The notes beneath the pieces were generated by a model. It did not search any database and was not told the origin of the DNA. It saw only the letters and a list, made by a program, of their open reading frames with translations. Below, one piece after another: positions 54,901 through 64,000 of a DNA stretch of 64,000 nucleotides. A program made the position numbers and the translations under genes. Each line of letters starts with the position of its first letter. Position 1 is the stretch's first letter. Source of the stretch: Corallochytrium limacisporum Hawaii (lineage: Eukaryota > Protista > Pluriformea); contig PDIP01000045.1 of the NCBI GenBank assembly GCA_002811645.1, positions 147,827 through 211,826 on the forward strand. The letters run 5' to 3'.

Positions 54901-55104
54901 AATACCACGCTCTTGCTCGTCATCGCGTGAGTCCAAGTACCGCAGCTTTCCGCTCATACGTTGGCTGATGATACCATTGGAAGCAATCAATGAATCTGTC
55001 AATGTTGTCTTACCATGATCTACATGCGCAAGCACGCAAATATTTCGAATGTGGTTGGGCCGCCGCTGCAGCTTGCCAATGAGTTCAGCGCCAAGAGCAG
55101 GCAT
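51940..55104 (-). CDS. EFL1: Elongation factor-like GTPase 1 (Ria1/EFL1, 60S maturation)
   Basis: IRNICVLAHVDHGKTT, RGITMKSS, NLIDSPGHVDFSSEV, NKVD, IRKRTSGLAAPQL, EKQRTLK. Confidence 0.96.
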   Translation of the reverse strand: MPALGAELIGKLQRRPNHIRNICVLAHVDHGKTTLTDSLIASNGIISQRMSGKLRYLDSRDDEQERGITMKSSAISLLFKGGHDNAAYFLNLIDSPGHVDFSSEVSTAVRLSDGCLIVIDAVEGVCPQTHAVMRQAWIEGIAPLLVINKVDRLITELQLTPEQAYQHLQRVIEQANAIVAHLHTADLMAKAAGAGFDKIQSEDVTADEDDANDEGVGISLEQWAIDDVDDEHLYFSPEKDNVIFASAFQGWAFRVSDFAKLYAAKLKAKEKVLQATLWGDYYISPAQKKILPGAGSKGKKPLFVQIVLENLWKFFEVIQSRDQDKIEKVAGALQLNMNTRDARNKDIEIQLPVLMSQWLPLAQSVLTAVVDLLPAPSAMTTERAGRLLYGQKDHNAFPTEVKKIQESVQACDFAEDAPLMVYISKMVAVPNSSLPVLTEAERMKREQEREAARKAELERLRRERELQNMREEAGDEYGFDFAGAMAGNSNGTLQQKNSDHTMIAFARVYSGTLKAGQTVQIIPPRFDALSGDRDKEVVRKNVGDLYLFMGRELESVPECSAGNIIGIRGLEGTVFKTATISDLSTPCPSVSPMYFDVAPIVHVAIEPVNPMHMKEVQKGLELLNQSDPAVETWVAQTGEYMLACSGEVHLETCLKDLDEMYAGVPVHASKPIVQFRETVIRLPRLDVREEEILQVKPIEPKQVYTVSNGRMLLHLSAVPMPAKAVEIIEQNKDLLHPLISDKVALDEHLMDDAKAVASDLSKAFAEAAKDPTGDYARANCGEIVEEAFMNVLSKIVTLGPRSYGPNVLINVTDIPFSAAFHKLLSEIPKAGTDEDHRMIGRTLESSFQQGFSMATGNGPLCGEAVHGVAFVLRAVELHPDADQTLANTLSSLTGPAIPGMREACRQAFLAQPARLMVAMYSCEIQATTEVLGKVYSVIGRRSGRILSEEMKEGTDSFIIKSVIPVVESFGFAEEIRKRTSGLAAPQLVFKGWEILEQDPLWVPTTEEELEYYGEKADAENIARRYMNDIRRRKGIHVDEKVVENAEKQRTLKAK

Positions 55105-55899
55105 CTTCTATCTAGAAAGGCGGGTGAATTCAATCACACCACTACTAGTTTGATCGCCTATGTATTCGCTGTGTCTGTACCTGGTTGCTCTCGTGTGTGT
55201 ATATTCATTCCTTTACTACTACGCTCTCGTGACTTATCCCAACTAATACCATTGGTGCTTGCGCAGCCAGGAAGCTTGATGATGACATGTGCCTCAGTGG
55301 GTATCCTCTTCCTTGGCTTGCTCAGGCCATCCCCACCTGACTCGGCCGCGAGGAGGAGGCAAGGGGTTCAGCCTTCCAATTGAGCTGTTCTGGAGGGTCT
55401 GCTGGGTGGGGAGGCGCACACACTCTCACTCTTCAGTGCAAAATTCTTCTCGCTTAAGGTCGTATTGTATTGCGCAAAATATAAGGATGTAAATATATAT
55501 ATATTGATCATTTTCACAATCTCTTCGTAAAGAGGGAAGTCAAAAGGGTGAATGGTGTGGGTTGGGAAAGGCTAGTGAATGGCAGCGAAGCATCAGCATG
55601 ATGAGCCACTCAAACTGCGCAAAAGTTGGGGACAGATAGCACAAAAGAGGGTGCCATCATGTTGCCACAATTCCCGATATCGACTAAGTTGGGGACAAGG
55701 TGATACGAGTGTTGTGGTTCATGCCAAGGCTGACATTCACCTTCCCGGATCCCTCTCGTCCTCCCTCCCACGACAGTGTCATGTTGCTCTGATCCCATAT
55801 ACTCTTTGTCCTGTTCGATATGTTGGTACACGCGTAAGTAGTACAAAGGCAGCTCTAGGGTCGAGAAGTGTTTTGAATATGGTTCAAGACACAAACTCT

Positions 55900-58800
55900 T
55901 TAGGCGGCAGCCTCGGCACGCAGACGAGACTTGATGTCCTGGTTCTCCTGCTCCAGAGCAGTGATCTTTTCTTCCAGTTCCTCGACCTCGCGCACAAGAG
56001 TACGGTTGCGCTTTTGGATGCTCATGTTGGACTCCTCGATGTCGTCCTGAGCAGACTGCAGGCTCTTGACCTTCTCCTTGTACTTCTCGGTCTGCTCCTT
56101 CTCGTTCAGAGTGCGGCGCTTCTCCTCGTCCAGAGAGAACTGCAGATCCTTAGCACGGCGTTCGGCGCTGCGAGCAGTCTTCTGGTAGTCGGCGTTGCAG
56201 CGGCGCTCGTTTTCGACTTCCAGGTTGAGAGAGGCGATCTCGTTCTCCAGCTTGGTGATCTTGGTCTTGGCACCACGCACGCCAGAGTTCTCGAGCTCCT
56301 CGTTCTTGGTAGTAAGGTCGCGGACCTTGCGTTCCAGAGCAATCTTCTGACGCTCGAGCTCCTCACGCTCCTCCTGCTCCGAGTCCTGCTCGCTCTTGAA
56401 GCGCTCAAGCTCCTCCTGGGCACGCTTGGCCTTGTTCAAGGCCTCCTGGCGCTCCATCTCGAGCTCCTCCATCTCAGCCTTGAGGGTGGAGATCTCAGAC
56501 TCATAGCGGGCCTTTTGCTCAATACCGGCGGTCTTGGAAGCACGTTCAGCCTCGAGATTCGCCAGGGCTTCATCAAGTTCGCCCTGAAGAATCTTCTTGC
56601 TGCGCTCGGCGGCGGCAGCTGAAGCGTTGGCACCGTCGATCTCGTTGGAAATTTCGGTGAACTTGCGCTCCCACTTCGTAGCCTCGTCGCGGACACCGTC
56701 CTTGGACTTGTGCTCCTCCTCGATCTCGGTGCGCAGCTCGTTGATCTGCTGCTGCAGGCGCTTCACCTGCTTCTGCAGCTCTCCGTTTTGCTTCTGGGTG
56801 TTATCCACAGCAATTTCGAGCTCGTTCATCTCCAGCTCAATCTTCTTCTTGAGGCTTACAGCCTCGTTCTTGCGGCGGACCTCAGTCTCCAGAGATTCGT
56901 TGATGGAATCAATCTGGCGCTGGAAGTTCTTGCGGATCTCCTCAATCTGGGCGTCCTTATCGTGAAGGCGGCGCTCAGACTCAACCTTCAGGTGATTCAA
57001 CTCGACCTGGACGCGCATCTTGCCGTCCTCAGCCAAAGTCAGATCACCCTCCAGCTCCTCGACCTGGGAACGCAGCTCCTGGGCCTCCATCTCGGCCTTG
57101 CGGCGGGCCATCTCGACTTCGTGAGAGGCCTTACCACCCTCGCCAGCGGACTCAGTCAGCTGTTCGACCTCCTCCTTCAGGTTGCTGTTCTCGCGCTTGA
57201 AGCGGTCAAGCTCAACCTCAAGCTCCTCAAGTTGGTTCTTGTAGGAGAAGGCCTGGGCTTGGGCCTCGGAGAACTGGCGCTGAGCGTCCTGGGTCTTCAG
57301 AGTCTCCTCTTCGACCTTCTGCTTCCACTCCTGCAGCTGCTGGTCAAACTTGCGCTTCGACTTCTCCATGCCGCTGGTGTCGGCCTTGACTTTCTCGAGC
57401 TCAAGGACAGCATCCTCCAGTTCCTGTTGGATCTTGCGCTTGCTAGCCTCAGCGGCCTTGACCTTCTGCTCCTTCTCAGCGCTCTCGGCGTGCGCCTCTT
57501 CGATGGTGCGCTTCAGACGCTTGGCGCGGTCGTCCTCCTCAGTGAGGCGGGCGTTCAGCTCGGTGGCCTGGCGACGAGCCTCTTCAGCCTCCTTCTTGGC
57601 GGCCTCGATCTGTGCCGCCAGGGCCTCCTGCTCGGCAGACTTTTCGGCATCGGAAGATTCCAAGTTCTGCAGCTGCAGTTCCAGCTTCTTGGCGTTGGAG
57701 AGGGCCTCGAGCTTCTTGGCATTGGCCTCCTCTAGCTGTTCCTTGTAGGAAGTCACTTCCTCCTCCAGGGTCTTCTTGGCCTTGGAGAGAGTGCCAACCT
57801 GGTGCTGGTTGTCCTCCAGCTGAGAGGACAGGCTGGCGTTCTCAGACTGCAGAGAGCTAAGGGCAGACTCAGCCTCAACAGCACGGCGCTCGTACTCCTC
57901 AGCCCTGGCGGCAGCCTCAGCAAGATCGGACTGAGCCTTCTTCAGCTGCTTCTCGAGCTCAGCAATGCGGGCACGCAGAGTCTCAACGGAGTCGCCGACC
58001 TCAGCCTTCTCAGCGGCCAGGGCGTTCTTGGCCTTCTCAGCCTCGCGGCGGGCGTTGTTGGCAGCCTCCAGTTCACCGCTCAGCTCCTCAATCTGGGCAG
58101 ACATTTGCTTCTTAGAGGCAGCCAGACGCTCTTCACCTTCCTTGCGGACGCGTTCCAGCTCAGACTTGGCGCGGATCAGTTCCTCGGCCTTCATCTTGGA
58201 AGCCTCTGCGGCGGCAGCGGTAGCACCACCAGCCTCGTCCAGCCTGTCGTTGAGTTCCTGCAGCTGGCGTTCCAGTTCAGCACGCTGGCGTTCAGTGGAT
58301 TCACGCTGGTTCTTTTCGGCGTCGAGGTCCTCGTCGAGCTCGTCAATCTTGGATTGCATTTCACGGATCTTGCGCTCCAGAGAAGAAACCTTGGCGGACT
58401 GCTCCTCGTACTCGGCAGTGGCCTGGCTGAGCTCTTCTTCCTTGCGGCGGAGCTGGTCCTCCATTTCGCCACCAGAGCTCTTGAGGTTTTCGAGGTTGCC
58501 ACCAAGCTCACGAACCTGGGCCTCCAGGGCGCGCTTAGCCTTCTCAGCGTCAGCACGTCCAGCCTTCTCCTTTTCGAGCTGCTCATCGAGTTCAGCCTTG
58601 GCCTGTTCCAGCTTAGCCTTGGCGCGGGTAACCTTGTTGAGCTCATCCTCCGCAGTCTGCAGAGCAGTCTGCAGTTCCTGGATCTTCTCATCCTGGGCAG
58701 CCTTCTCCTTCTGCAGACGGTCGATGATGTCCTGCTTGGCATTGATTTCGGCCAGAAGTTCAGCAATCTTGGAGTCGCGGCCGCCCTGTTCGGACTCGAG

Positions 58801-61659
58801 GCGCTTGCGAGACTCCTCCATCTCTTCCTTAGCACGCTCAAGCTCCTCGACACGGAGCTCCAGCTTCTTCTTCTCGGCGCTAATCTCGGCGTTGTTGTCC
58901 TCCTCTTGTTCAAGGCGCTCCTGCAGAGCCTTGTACTGCTCCTCTAGGTCGGCGTAGCGGGCCTTCAGCTTTTCAAGGGACTCAGCAGCCTGTTCTCCGA
59001 ATGCACGCTCCTGTTCGAGCTCGTCGAACAGTGCCTGCTTCTCGGCCAGCAGGGCAGCCTCGCGCTCCTCGAGCTGACGGCGCAGCTCCTCTTCGACACG
59101 GGCCTTTTCGGCAAGCTTTTCGAGTTCTTGCTCTTTGGCACGCATTTCCTCTTCCTGACGAGCGACGGACAACAGGGGCTTGACCTTGTTGAACAGACGC
59201 CACCAGGCCCACTGGCGCAGGGCAAGGAACTTGCGCATGTTGCGCTGGAGCAGCTCGACAAGCTTCTCCTGGTCGCGCAGCATGTTGAAGCGGCGGCGGG
59301 CGAGGTAACCGCGGGCGTAGGCCTGCAGGTTAGCCAGGATCTTAGCCAGGGCGTTGTCACGCTGCTCTTCCAGGTCGGCAAGGACACCGGCACGGAAGAA
59401 GACCTTGGTCTTACCAATACGGAATTGGCTCTCGTCGAGGTCAAGGTTCTGCAGCATAAGCTCAGCAGCCTTCTTACCATCCATGAAGCCCTCAGGAATG
59501 ATGCCAGGGGTAAGGATTTCGTAGCGCTGGCGGAACTCCTGGAACATAATGCGGTTGGGGAAACCTTGGCGGCAGATACGAATACCCTCAAGCACACCAT
59601 TGCAGCGCAGCTGATGAAGGACCAGGAAGGGGTCGATCACACCAGCCTTCTTTTGCTCGTTAGGGATGATGCAACGAACAAAGTGAGGCTGGCAAGAGTG
59701 CAGCTGCTTCATCAAGTTGGCAAGCTGCTCCTTGTGGATCTGACCCAGAGTGCGGAAGGTGCCGGACTTACCCTTGCGAGCAGTGGTTTCGTCAAAGGCA
59801 GTGGTGTAGTCCTTCCAGATGTGGCTCAGGTTGGCGTCGTTGCTCTTCTTCAACAGTTCGACGACGTTCTCGTTCAGCGGGTCCTTGTTCTTGTCCAGGA
59901 AACCGTCAATGTTGTAGTCGACGTTTCCAGCGTAGTGATGAACGGTGAAGTCAGCCTGCAGACCGCCGCGTACAAACTTGGGCTTCGAGTACTGCTTCTC
60001 ACCACGGTCCTTGTAGGTCTTGTCCATCTTCTCAAGGAGACCCTTGTCGTTGCCACCGGGCATGAAGCACTGCTCGTCGACCAGAGCAAGGATACCAAGA
60101 CCGCGCTGGCTTTCAATGAGGTCGATGGTGGGTTGCAGGTCAAGACCGAAATCGATCTGGTTCCAGCCGATGTTCTCCCGCTCGTACTCCTGCTGCTCCA
60201 GCACAAACATGTGGTGGTTAAAGAACTGCTGCAGCTTCTCATTGGTGTAGTTAATGAGCAGCTGATCGTAGGAGTTCCTCTCGAAGATCTCAAAACCAGC
60301 AATATCCAGGATACCCATGAAGGAGATCTTGCGGGTCTTGGTGTCCAGGGCGGTGTTGATCTTCTCAACAATCCACTTGAAGAGACGCTCATAGGTAGCC
60401 TTGGACAAGGCCTCCACGGAGTAGGCAGCCTGGGCGGCGTTCTTGGACTGGGTGACCCATTCGCGGCCAGCCTTGACGCGGGGCTTCAGAATGGCCTTAA
60501 CGAGCTCCTCAGTCTTCAGGCCCAGAAGGAAGGCAACCTTATCAATAGAAGAGGTGTCATCCAGCTCAGCTTGTTCCTGACGGTTCTCGCTGAATTTGAG
60601 GTTACCAAAGTTCAGGAGACCAGCGAGAACACGGAAGATGAAGTCCTTGTCGTCGTCGGAGAAACGCATGATGTCCATTCCCTTCAGCATATCCTTGAAG
60701 TCCTGGACGTCATCGATACCATCGGCGCGAAGGTCAGAGCCAGCAAGGAACTTGTAGGACTTGATGTCCTCCTCGATCAGATACTTCTTGCGCTGCTCAT
60801 TGTTCATACCGGCGAACATCTGGTAGAAGATATGGTAGTTGCGTTCCTTGGAAGTCTGGTACACCACACGGCTCTTCTCAAGCAGGTAGGTCTCAATGTT
60901 ACCGCCGCCGATCAGACCCTGAGGGTTGAATTCAACGCGGATGAACTTACCGAAACGAGAAGAGTTGTTGTTGCGGATGGTCTTTGCATTACCGAAGGCC
61001 TCCAGCACGGGGTTAGCTTGAATCAGAGACTCCTCCAGGTTCTCAATGGCATCGGTACCGGTACCACTGGTGGAGTGGTGGGCAATAGCAGCCAAGTACT
61101 GGATAACTTTCTTGGTGTTCTCAGTCTTACCCGCACCGGACTCACCGGTGACCAGAATAGCCTGGTTTTCCTTCTCGGTGACCATGTTCTGGTATGCAAC
61201 GTCAGTCAGAGCGAAGATGTGAGGCGGCATTTCCGAGCGCTTCTTACCCTTGTACATCTGAACAGCCTTCTCGTTGTAAATGGGCAGCTTACGGTAAGGG
61301 TTGATGGCAACCAGGAAAAGACCGGAGTAGGTGTAAATCAGAGAAGAGTAGTAGCGCTCACGCAGGTTGTGCAGAACGCTGGCCTCGTTCAAGTTGGACA
61401 GTTCGGCCATGTCAACGACCTTATCGAACTTAGGAGGGTTCATCTTCTCCACCTTGTCGGAGTCGATAGTAATGTTGTCGCCATCCTTGGTACTGACAGT
61501 GGTCTTGTCCCCGTTCTCACTGACAATATGTGCCGGACGGTAAGCATCGGTCTCATCAGGAATCCACACCCATTTCTTATCGGCCCATTGCTTCATGTCC
61601 TCCTGGTTGGCGATCTTTGTCTTGATCGCCAAGAAGGGAGTAGGATCTTCAGCAGACAT
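55900..61659 (-). CDS. Myosin II heavy chain (non-muscle type)
   Basis: NPPKFDK, GESGAGKT, NNNSSRFGKF, LDIAGFE, QLRCNGVLEGIRI, IQ region, WWRLFNKVKP, about 1,080-aa heptad coiled-coil tail. Confidence 0.98.
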   Translation of the reverse strand: MSAEDPTPFLAIKTKIANQEDMKQWADKKWVWIPDETDAYRPAHIVSENGDKTTVSTKDGDNITIDSDKVEKMNPPKFDKVVDMAELSNLNEASVLHNLRERYYSSLIYTYSGLFLVAINPYRKLPIYNEKAVQMYKGKKRSEMPPHIFALTDVAYQNMVTEKENQAILVTGESGAGKTENTKKVIQYLAAIAHHSTSGTGTDAIENLEESLIQANPVLEAFGNAKTIRNNNSSRFGKFIRVEFNPQGLIGGGNIETYLLEKSRVVYQTSKERNYHIFYQMFAGMNNEQRKKYLIEEDIKSYKFLAGSDLRADGIDDVQDFKDMLKGMDIMRFSDDDKDFIFRVLAGLLNFGNLKFSENRQEQAELDDTSSIDKVAFLLGLKTEELVKAILKPRVKAGREWVTQSKNAAQAAYSVEALSKATYERLFKWIVEKINTALDTKTRKISFMGILDIAGFEIFERNSYDQLLINYTNEKLQQFFNHHMFVLEQQEYERENIGWNQIDFGLDLQPTIDLIESQRGLGILALVDEQCFMPGGNDKGLLEKMDKTYKDRGEKQYSKPKFVRGGLQADFTVHHYAGNVDYNIDGFLDKNKDPLNENVVELLKKSNDANLSHIWKDYTTAFDETTARKGKSGTFRTLGQIHKEQLANLMKQLHSCQPHFVRCIIPNEQKKAGVIDPFLVLHQLRCNGVLEGIRICRQGFPNRIMFQEFRQRYEILTPGIIPEGFMDGKKAAELMLQNLDLDESQFRIGKTKVFFRAGVLADLEEQRDNALAKILANLQAYARGYLARRRFNMLRDQEKLVELLQRNMRKFLALRQWAWWRLFNKVKPLLSVARQEEEMRAKEQELEKLAEKARVEEELRRQLEEREAALLAEKQALFDELEQERAFGEQAAESLEKLKARYADLEEQYKALQERLEQEEDNNAEISAEKKKLELRVEELERAKEEMEESRKRLESEQGGRDSKIAELLAEINAKQDIIDRLQKEKAAQDEKIQELQTALQTAEDELNKVTRAKAKLEQAKAELDEQLEKEKAGRADAEKAKRALEAQVRELGGNLENLKSSGGEMEDQLRRKEEELSQATAEYEEQSAKVSSLERKIREMQSKIDELDEDLDAEKNQRESTERQRAELERQLQELNDRLDEAGGATAAAAEASKMKAEELIRAKSELERVRKEGEERLAASKKQMSAQIEELSGELEAANNARREAEKAKNALAAEKAEVGDSVETLRARIAELEKQLKKAQSDLAEAAARAEEYERRAVEAESALSSLQSENASLSSQLEDNQHQVGTLSKAKKTLEEEVTSYKEQLEEANAKKLEALSNAKKLELQLQNLESSDAEKSAEQEALAAQIEAAKKEAEEARRQATELNARLTEEDDRAKRLKRTIEEAHAESAEKEQKVKAAEASKRKIQQELEDAVLELEKVKADTSGMEKSKRKFDQQLQEWKQKVEEETLKTQDAQRQFSEAQAQAFSYKNQLEELEVELDRFKRENSNLKEEVEQLTESAGEGGKASHEVEMARRKAEMEAQELRSQVEELEGDLTLAEDGKMRVQVELNHLKVESERRLHDKDAQIEEIRKNFQRQIDSINESLETEVRRKNEAVSLKKKIELEMNELEIAVDNTQKQNGELQKQVKRLQQQINELRTEIEEEHKSKDGVRDEATKWERKFTEISNEIDGANASAAAAERSKKILQGELDEALANLEAERASKTAGIEQKARYESEISTLKAEMEELEMERQEALNKAKRAQEELERFKSEQDSEQEEREELERQKIALERKVRDLTTKNEELENSGVRGAKTKITKLENEIASLNLEVENERRCNADYQKTARSAERRAKDLQFSLDEEKRRTLNEKEQTEKYKEKVKSLQSAQDDIEESNMSIQKRNRTLVREVEELEEKITALEQENQDIKSRLRAEAAA

Positions 61660-63490
61660 GTTTGGTTTTCAAAAACTTTCGTACTACTAAAACGTGCACA
61701 AACGCTTGTCTCAATTCGTTCTACAAAGGAAGCGTCAAACTCAAGGTGTCCCCACAGCCCTGATTAAGTCGCTACACTCCTTGCTTGTTTCCGAGTCGCG
61801 TAGACACAAAAATACACACACTTAGTCAAACAGCTAACTAGACTGTTCGACGCATACGATAGTTAAGAGATCAGGTTTTCATCACGACCACGATTGGGCA
61901 GTACAATCTTTCTTATAACTGTAACTACATATAATTCAGGACTCAGAGCTGCACAGATCCACCCTGACCGCTCTAAGGTTCCTTCGCACATGCCACATCC
62001 GACGCACCACAAGACTTCAAATCCCGAACCGAAGAACTCTCGGACATCCGCGCATCAGAGCGCGCAGCGATTGGTTCTCCAACGCAAAACTAACAAGCAT
62101 GAACATCTCCAAGACCATTTTGTTTCACAGAAAAGCTAAAATTACAAGACGAATTCATTTTTCTTTTCTTCGAACAGCCAGACGCAAGTCAAACCCTTTT
62201 GGCTGCTGCTGTCCGAAAGTTTTTTTTCCTGTCGGAGCTGTCTTTCTGTTTACATTGCGTGGTCGCTTTGTCATTCGCGTCTCCTGCATCCTCCACCGCA
62301 CACACCCCAACAGACCCAAAAAAACCGCGAAAAATTGTCTTCGGGGGTCCGTTTTCCAGCAATTTTGTATGGGAGAAATTTCACAGGAATTTTCAAGAGA
62401 GGAAACAGAAAAGTTGGTCTCGGCCTCAATTGGCCCGCTCTTTTTCTTCCCGGTAGCTGCTGCGTTCCCTTCTCGTCACTTGCGAGAGACCCACTCTCTC
62501 CTTTTCCCCGTAACCCGCTGACGGATCCAGTACTAAAACTATGATGATGATTCCTGCACCCTCCCGCCCCCACCCCCATTTTTTCGCGCCCCACGCAATT
62601 GACGGTTGAGGCACTCCCTTTGGAGAACCCTGTCCCGCAGTTCTCGCCACCCCCCCTTTATTGCTTCGCTCCGTGAAGTGAATTAACTTTTCCCAGTAAA
62701 TATGAACGAAAAAAAAAACTGGAGATCCAACCGTTGTTTTCTTTCCCCTTCCCCCCCCCCCTTCCCGTGATTTTTCGCCAATTCAAACAGGAAAAAAGAA
62801 AAAGAGAGAAAGATGAGAATTTCATTGTTGCGTCGACGAGTCTCTCTGTTTGGGTACCAGAAAGTATGGATATTGCTGCACAGCGACCAATGCATTCGGA
62901 CGGCAGAAACGGTCCGAAAGCGAGGAAACCCACGCAGCAACAAACGCGGGCTGAGCTGTAACCAACGAGCGTTTATTGCTCTCCTTTGGTTTCCAACCTT
63001 CGTAGTTTTTCCTCCTGGCCAGCCTTTTTCTCTTGCCCTTTTTTTTTTGTTTTTTGTTTGAATCTCTCTCGCTGTGGGTGCTCCGTGTTAACCAACGCCA
63101 GAGCGCGTTCCTACGGCGTGGAGAGAAGGGGGCGTGCCGGGGAAAAATTTGAGTGCGTAAAAAAATCTCGCAGCTCTCCTTGCGGGAAACTCCCCCCCTT
63201 GAAACCAAGGCGTGGGGCGTCCCATAGTGAATACACTGATGAGCAGCTCGCGTGTTCGGGCGAGACGAGTGCAGCGGCCACGAAAGCGAAAAGTCTGACA
63301 CTTTGTTTTTGTCAGCGTTTGCGCGCTGTGCGTACCTCGCCCCTCTTTCTTTTTTTTTTTTTGCTTGGGCCAGCAACGCCCGCTCCCCCCCCCCCCCGCT
63401 TCTCTCTCCGCGGGGTGGGTGTGTGTGTTGCTCCCTACTGTGACTATTGGCTTTGCTGCGCCTCTGCGTGCCCGAGAATGACATTTGAGA

Positions 63491-63733
63491 GCTTCTGATT
63501 GGCTGCGCCCATCGATAGTGTCCGCCTCGGGACGGGGAAGGAGAGCGGGCGTGGACGGGAGGTGGTCAACATTTGTACTGGTAATACTCTCCGCTATGCC
63601 ACCCTTAGATACTGAAAATGTACTGCTATTCTGCTGCTAAGTACGGTATATATTTATGTAAATGGTATCCAACCGAGCCATGATCCAGCGCGTTCCACAA
63701 CTAGCCAGTGCGTTCTGACGCTTCTGATTGGCC
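63491..63733 (-). promoter_or_regulatory. Two CCAAT boxes in an identical 13-mer (gcttctgattggc at 63491 and 63720)
   Basis: Both read RGCCAATCAG on the minus strand, in the non-coding region upstream of myosin II. Confidence 0.5.
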
Positions 63734-64000
63734 AAAAGTAAGCAGGCCTCTCTCCCCCATTCGCACTGGCCCCCCTTCTCTCGCTCCGGTTGTGCGTTGA
63801 TTTTTTTTTGCTTTGACGCGTGTGGATTATGCATGGGATCAGTGTATGTGAGGTCGAAGGGGTGGTACACTGTTTCTTCCACTCTAAATCTGCCATCGGC
63901 ACACCATGTTTCTGCATGCGTGTTGCATTTAAAGCCTCTGTCCCCACTCCCACTGCCCCCCCCCCCCTTCCTTGTTTTGCTTAGTACCACCTACCCCCCC

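Noticed and set aside
59128-61767. 879-aa and other long + strand ORFs inside myosin II
   Set aside because: Antisense shadows: the biased sense codons avoid TTA/CTA/TCA, so the opposite strand lacks stops; no protein motifs
1-64000. CRISPR arrays, prokaryotic operons, rRNA or intact transposons
   Set aside because: No repeat-spacer periodicity, rRNA signatures, or transposase/RT/integrase motifs seen; gene content is eukaryotic

Overview
Compact eukaryotic nuclear DNA with about 23 protein-coding genes, all but one an uninterrupted single ORF, including a 1,919-aa myosin II and a 1,054-aa EFL1. Animal-type genes (p120 RasGAP/RASA1, TRAF7, FBXO4, AROS/RPS19BP1, STK19, zinc-finger CLPX) sit beside genes animals lack (ILV5 ketol-acid reductoisomerase, class I glycerate kinase). 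This points to an intron-poor unicellular holozoan; a Corallochytrium-like organism is my inference, not verified. Most genes form tight tail-to-tail pairs (gaps 33-450 bp) separated by 0.5-6 kb upstream regions rich in G/C/A homopolymers and microsatellites. I could not support any rRNA, tRNA, CRISPR array or intact mobile element. The most notable items are: a methyltransferase split by a +1 frame change (micro-intron, recoding or error); an ATG-less ORF with the same +1 geometry; an IQ-BAG co-chaperone with a 7-unit heat-shock element; a RasGAP tail with a Y-x-N-V motif; an orphan with a BED-like zinc finger; two haem-synthesis genes close together; and several recurring non-coding motifs. 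I found no clearly demonstrable multi-gene novel system.
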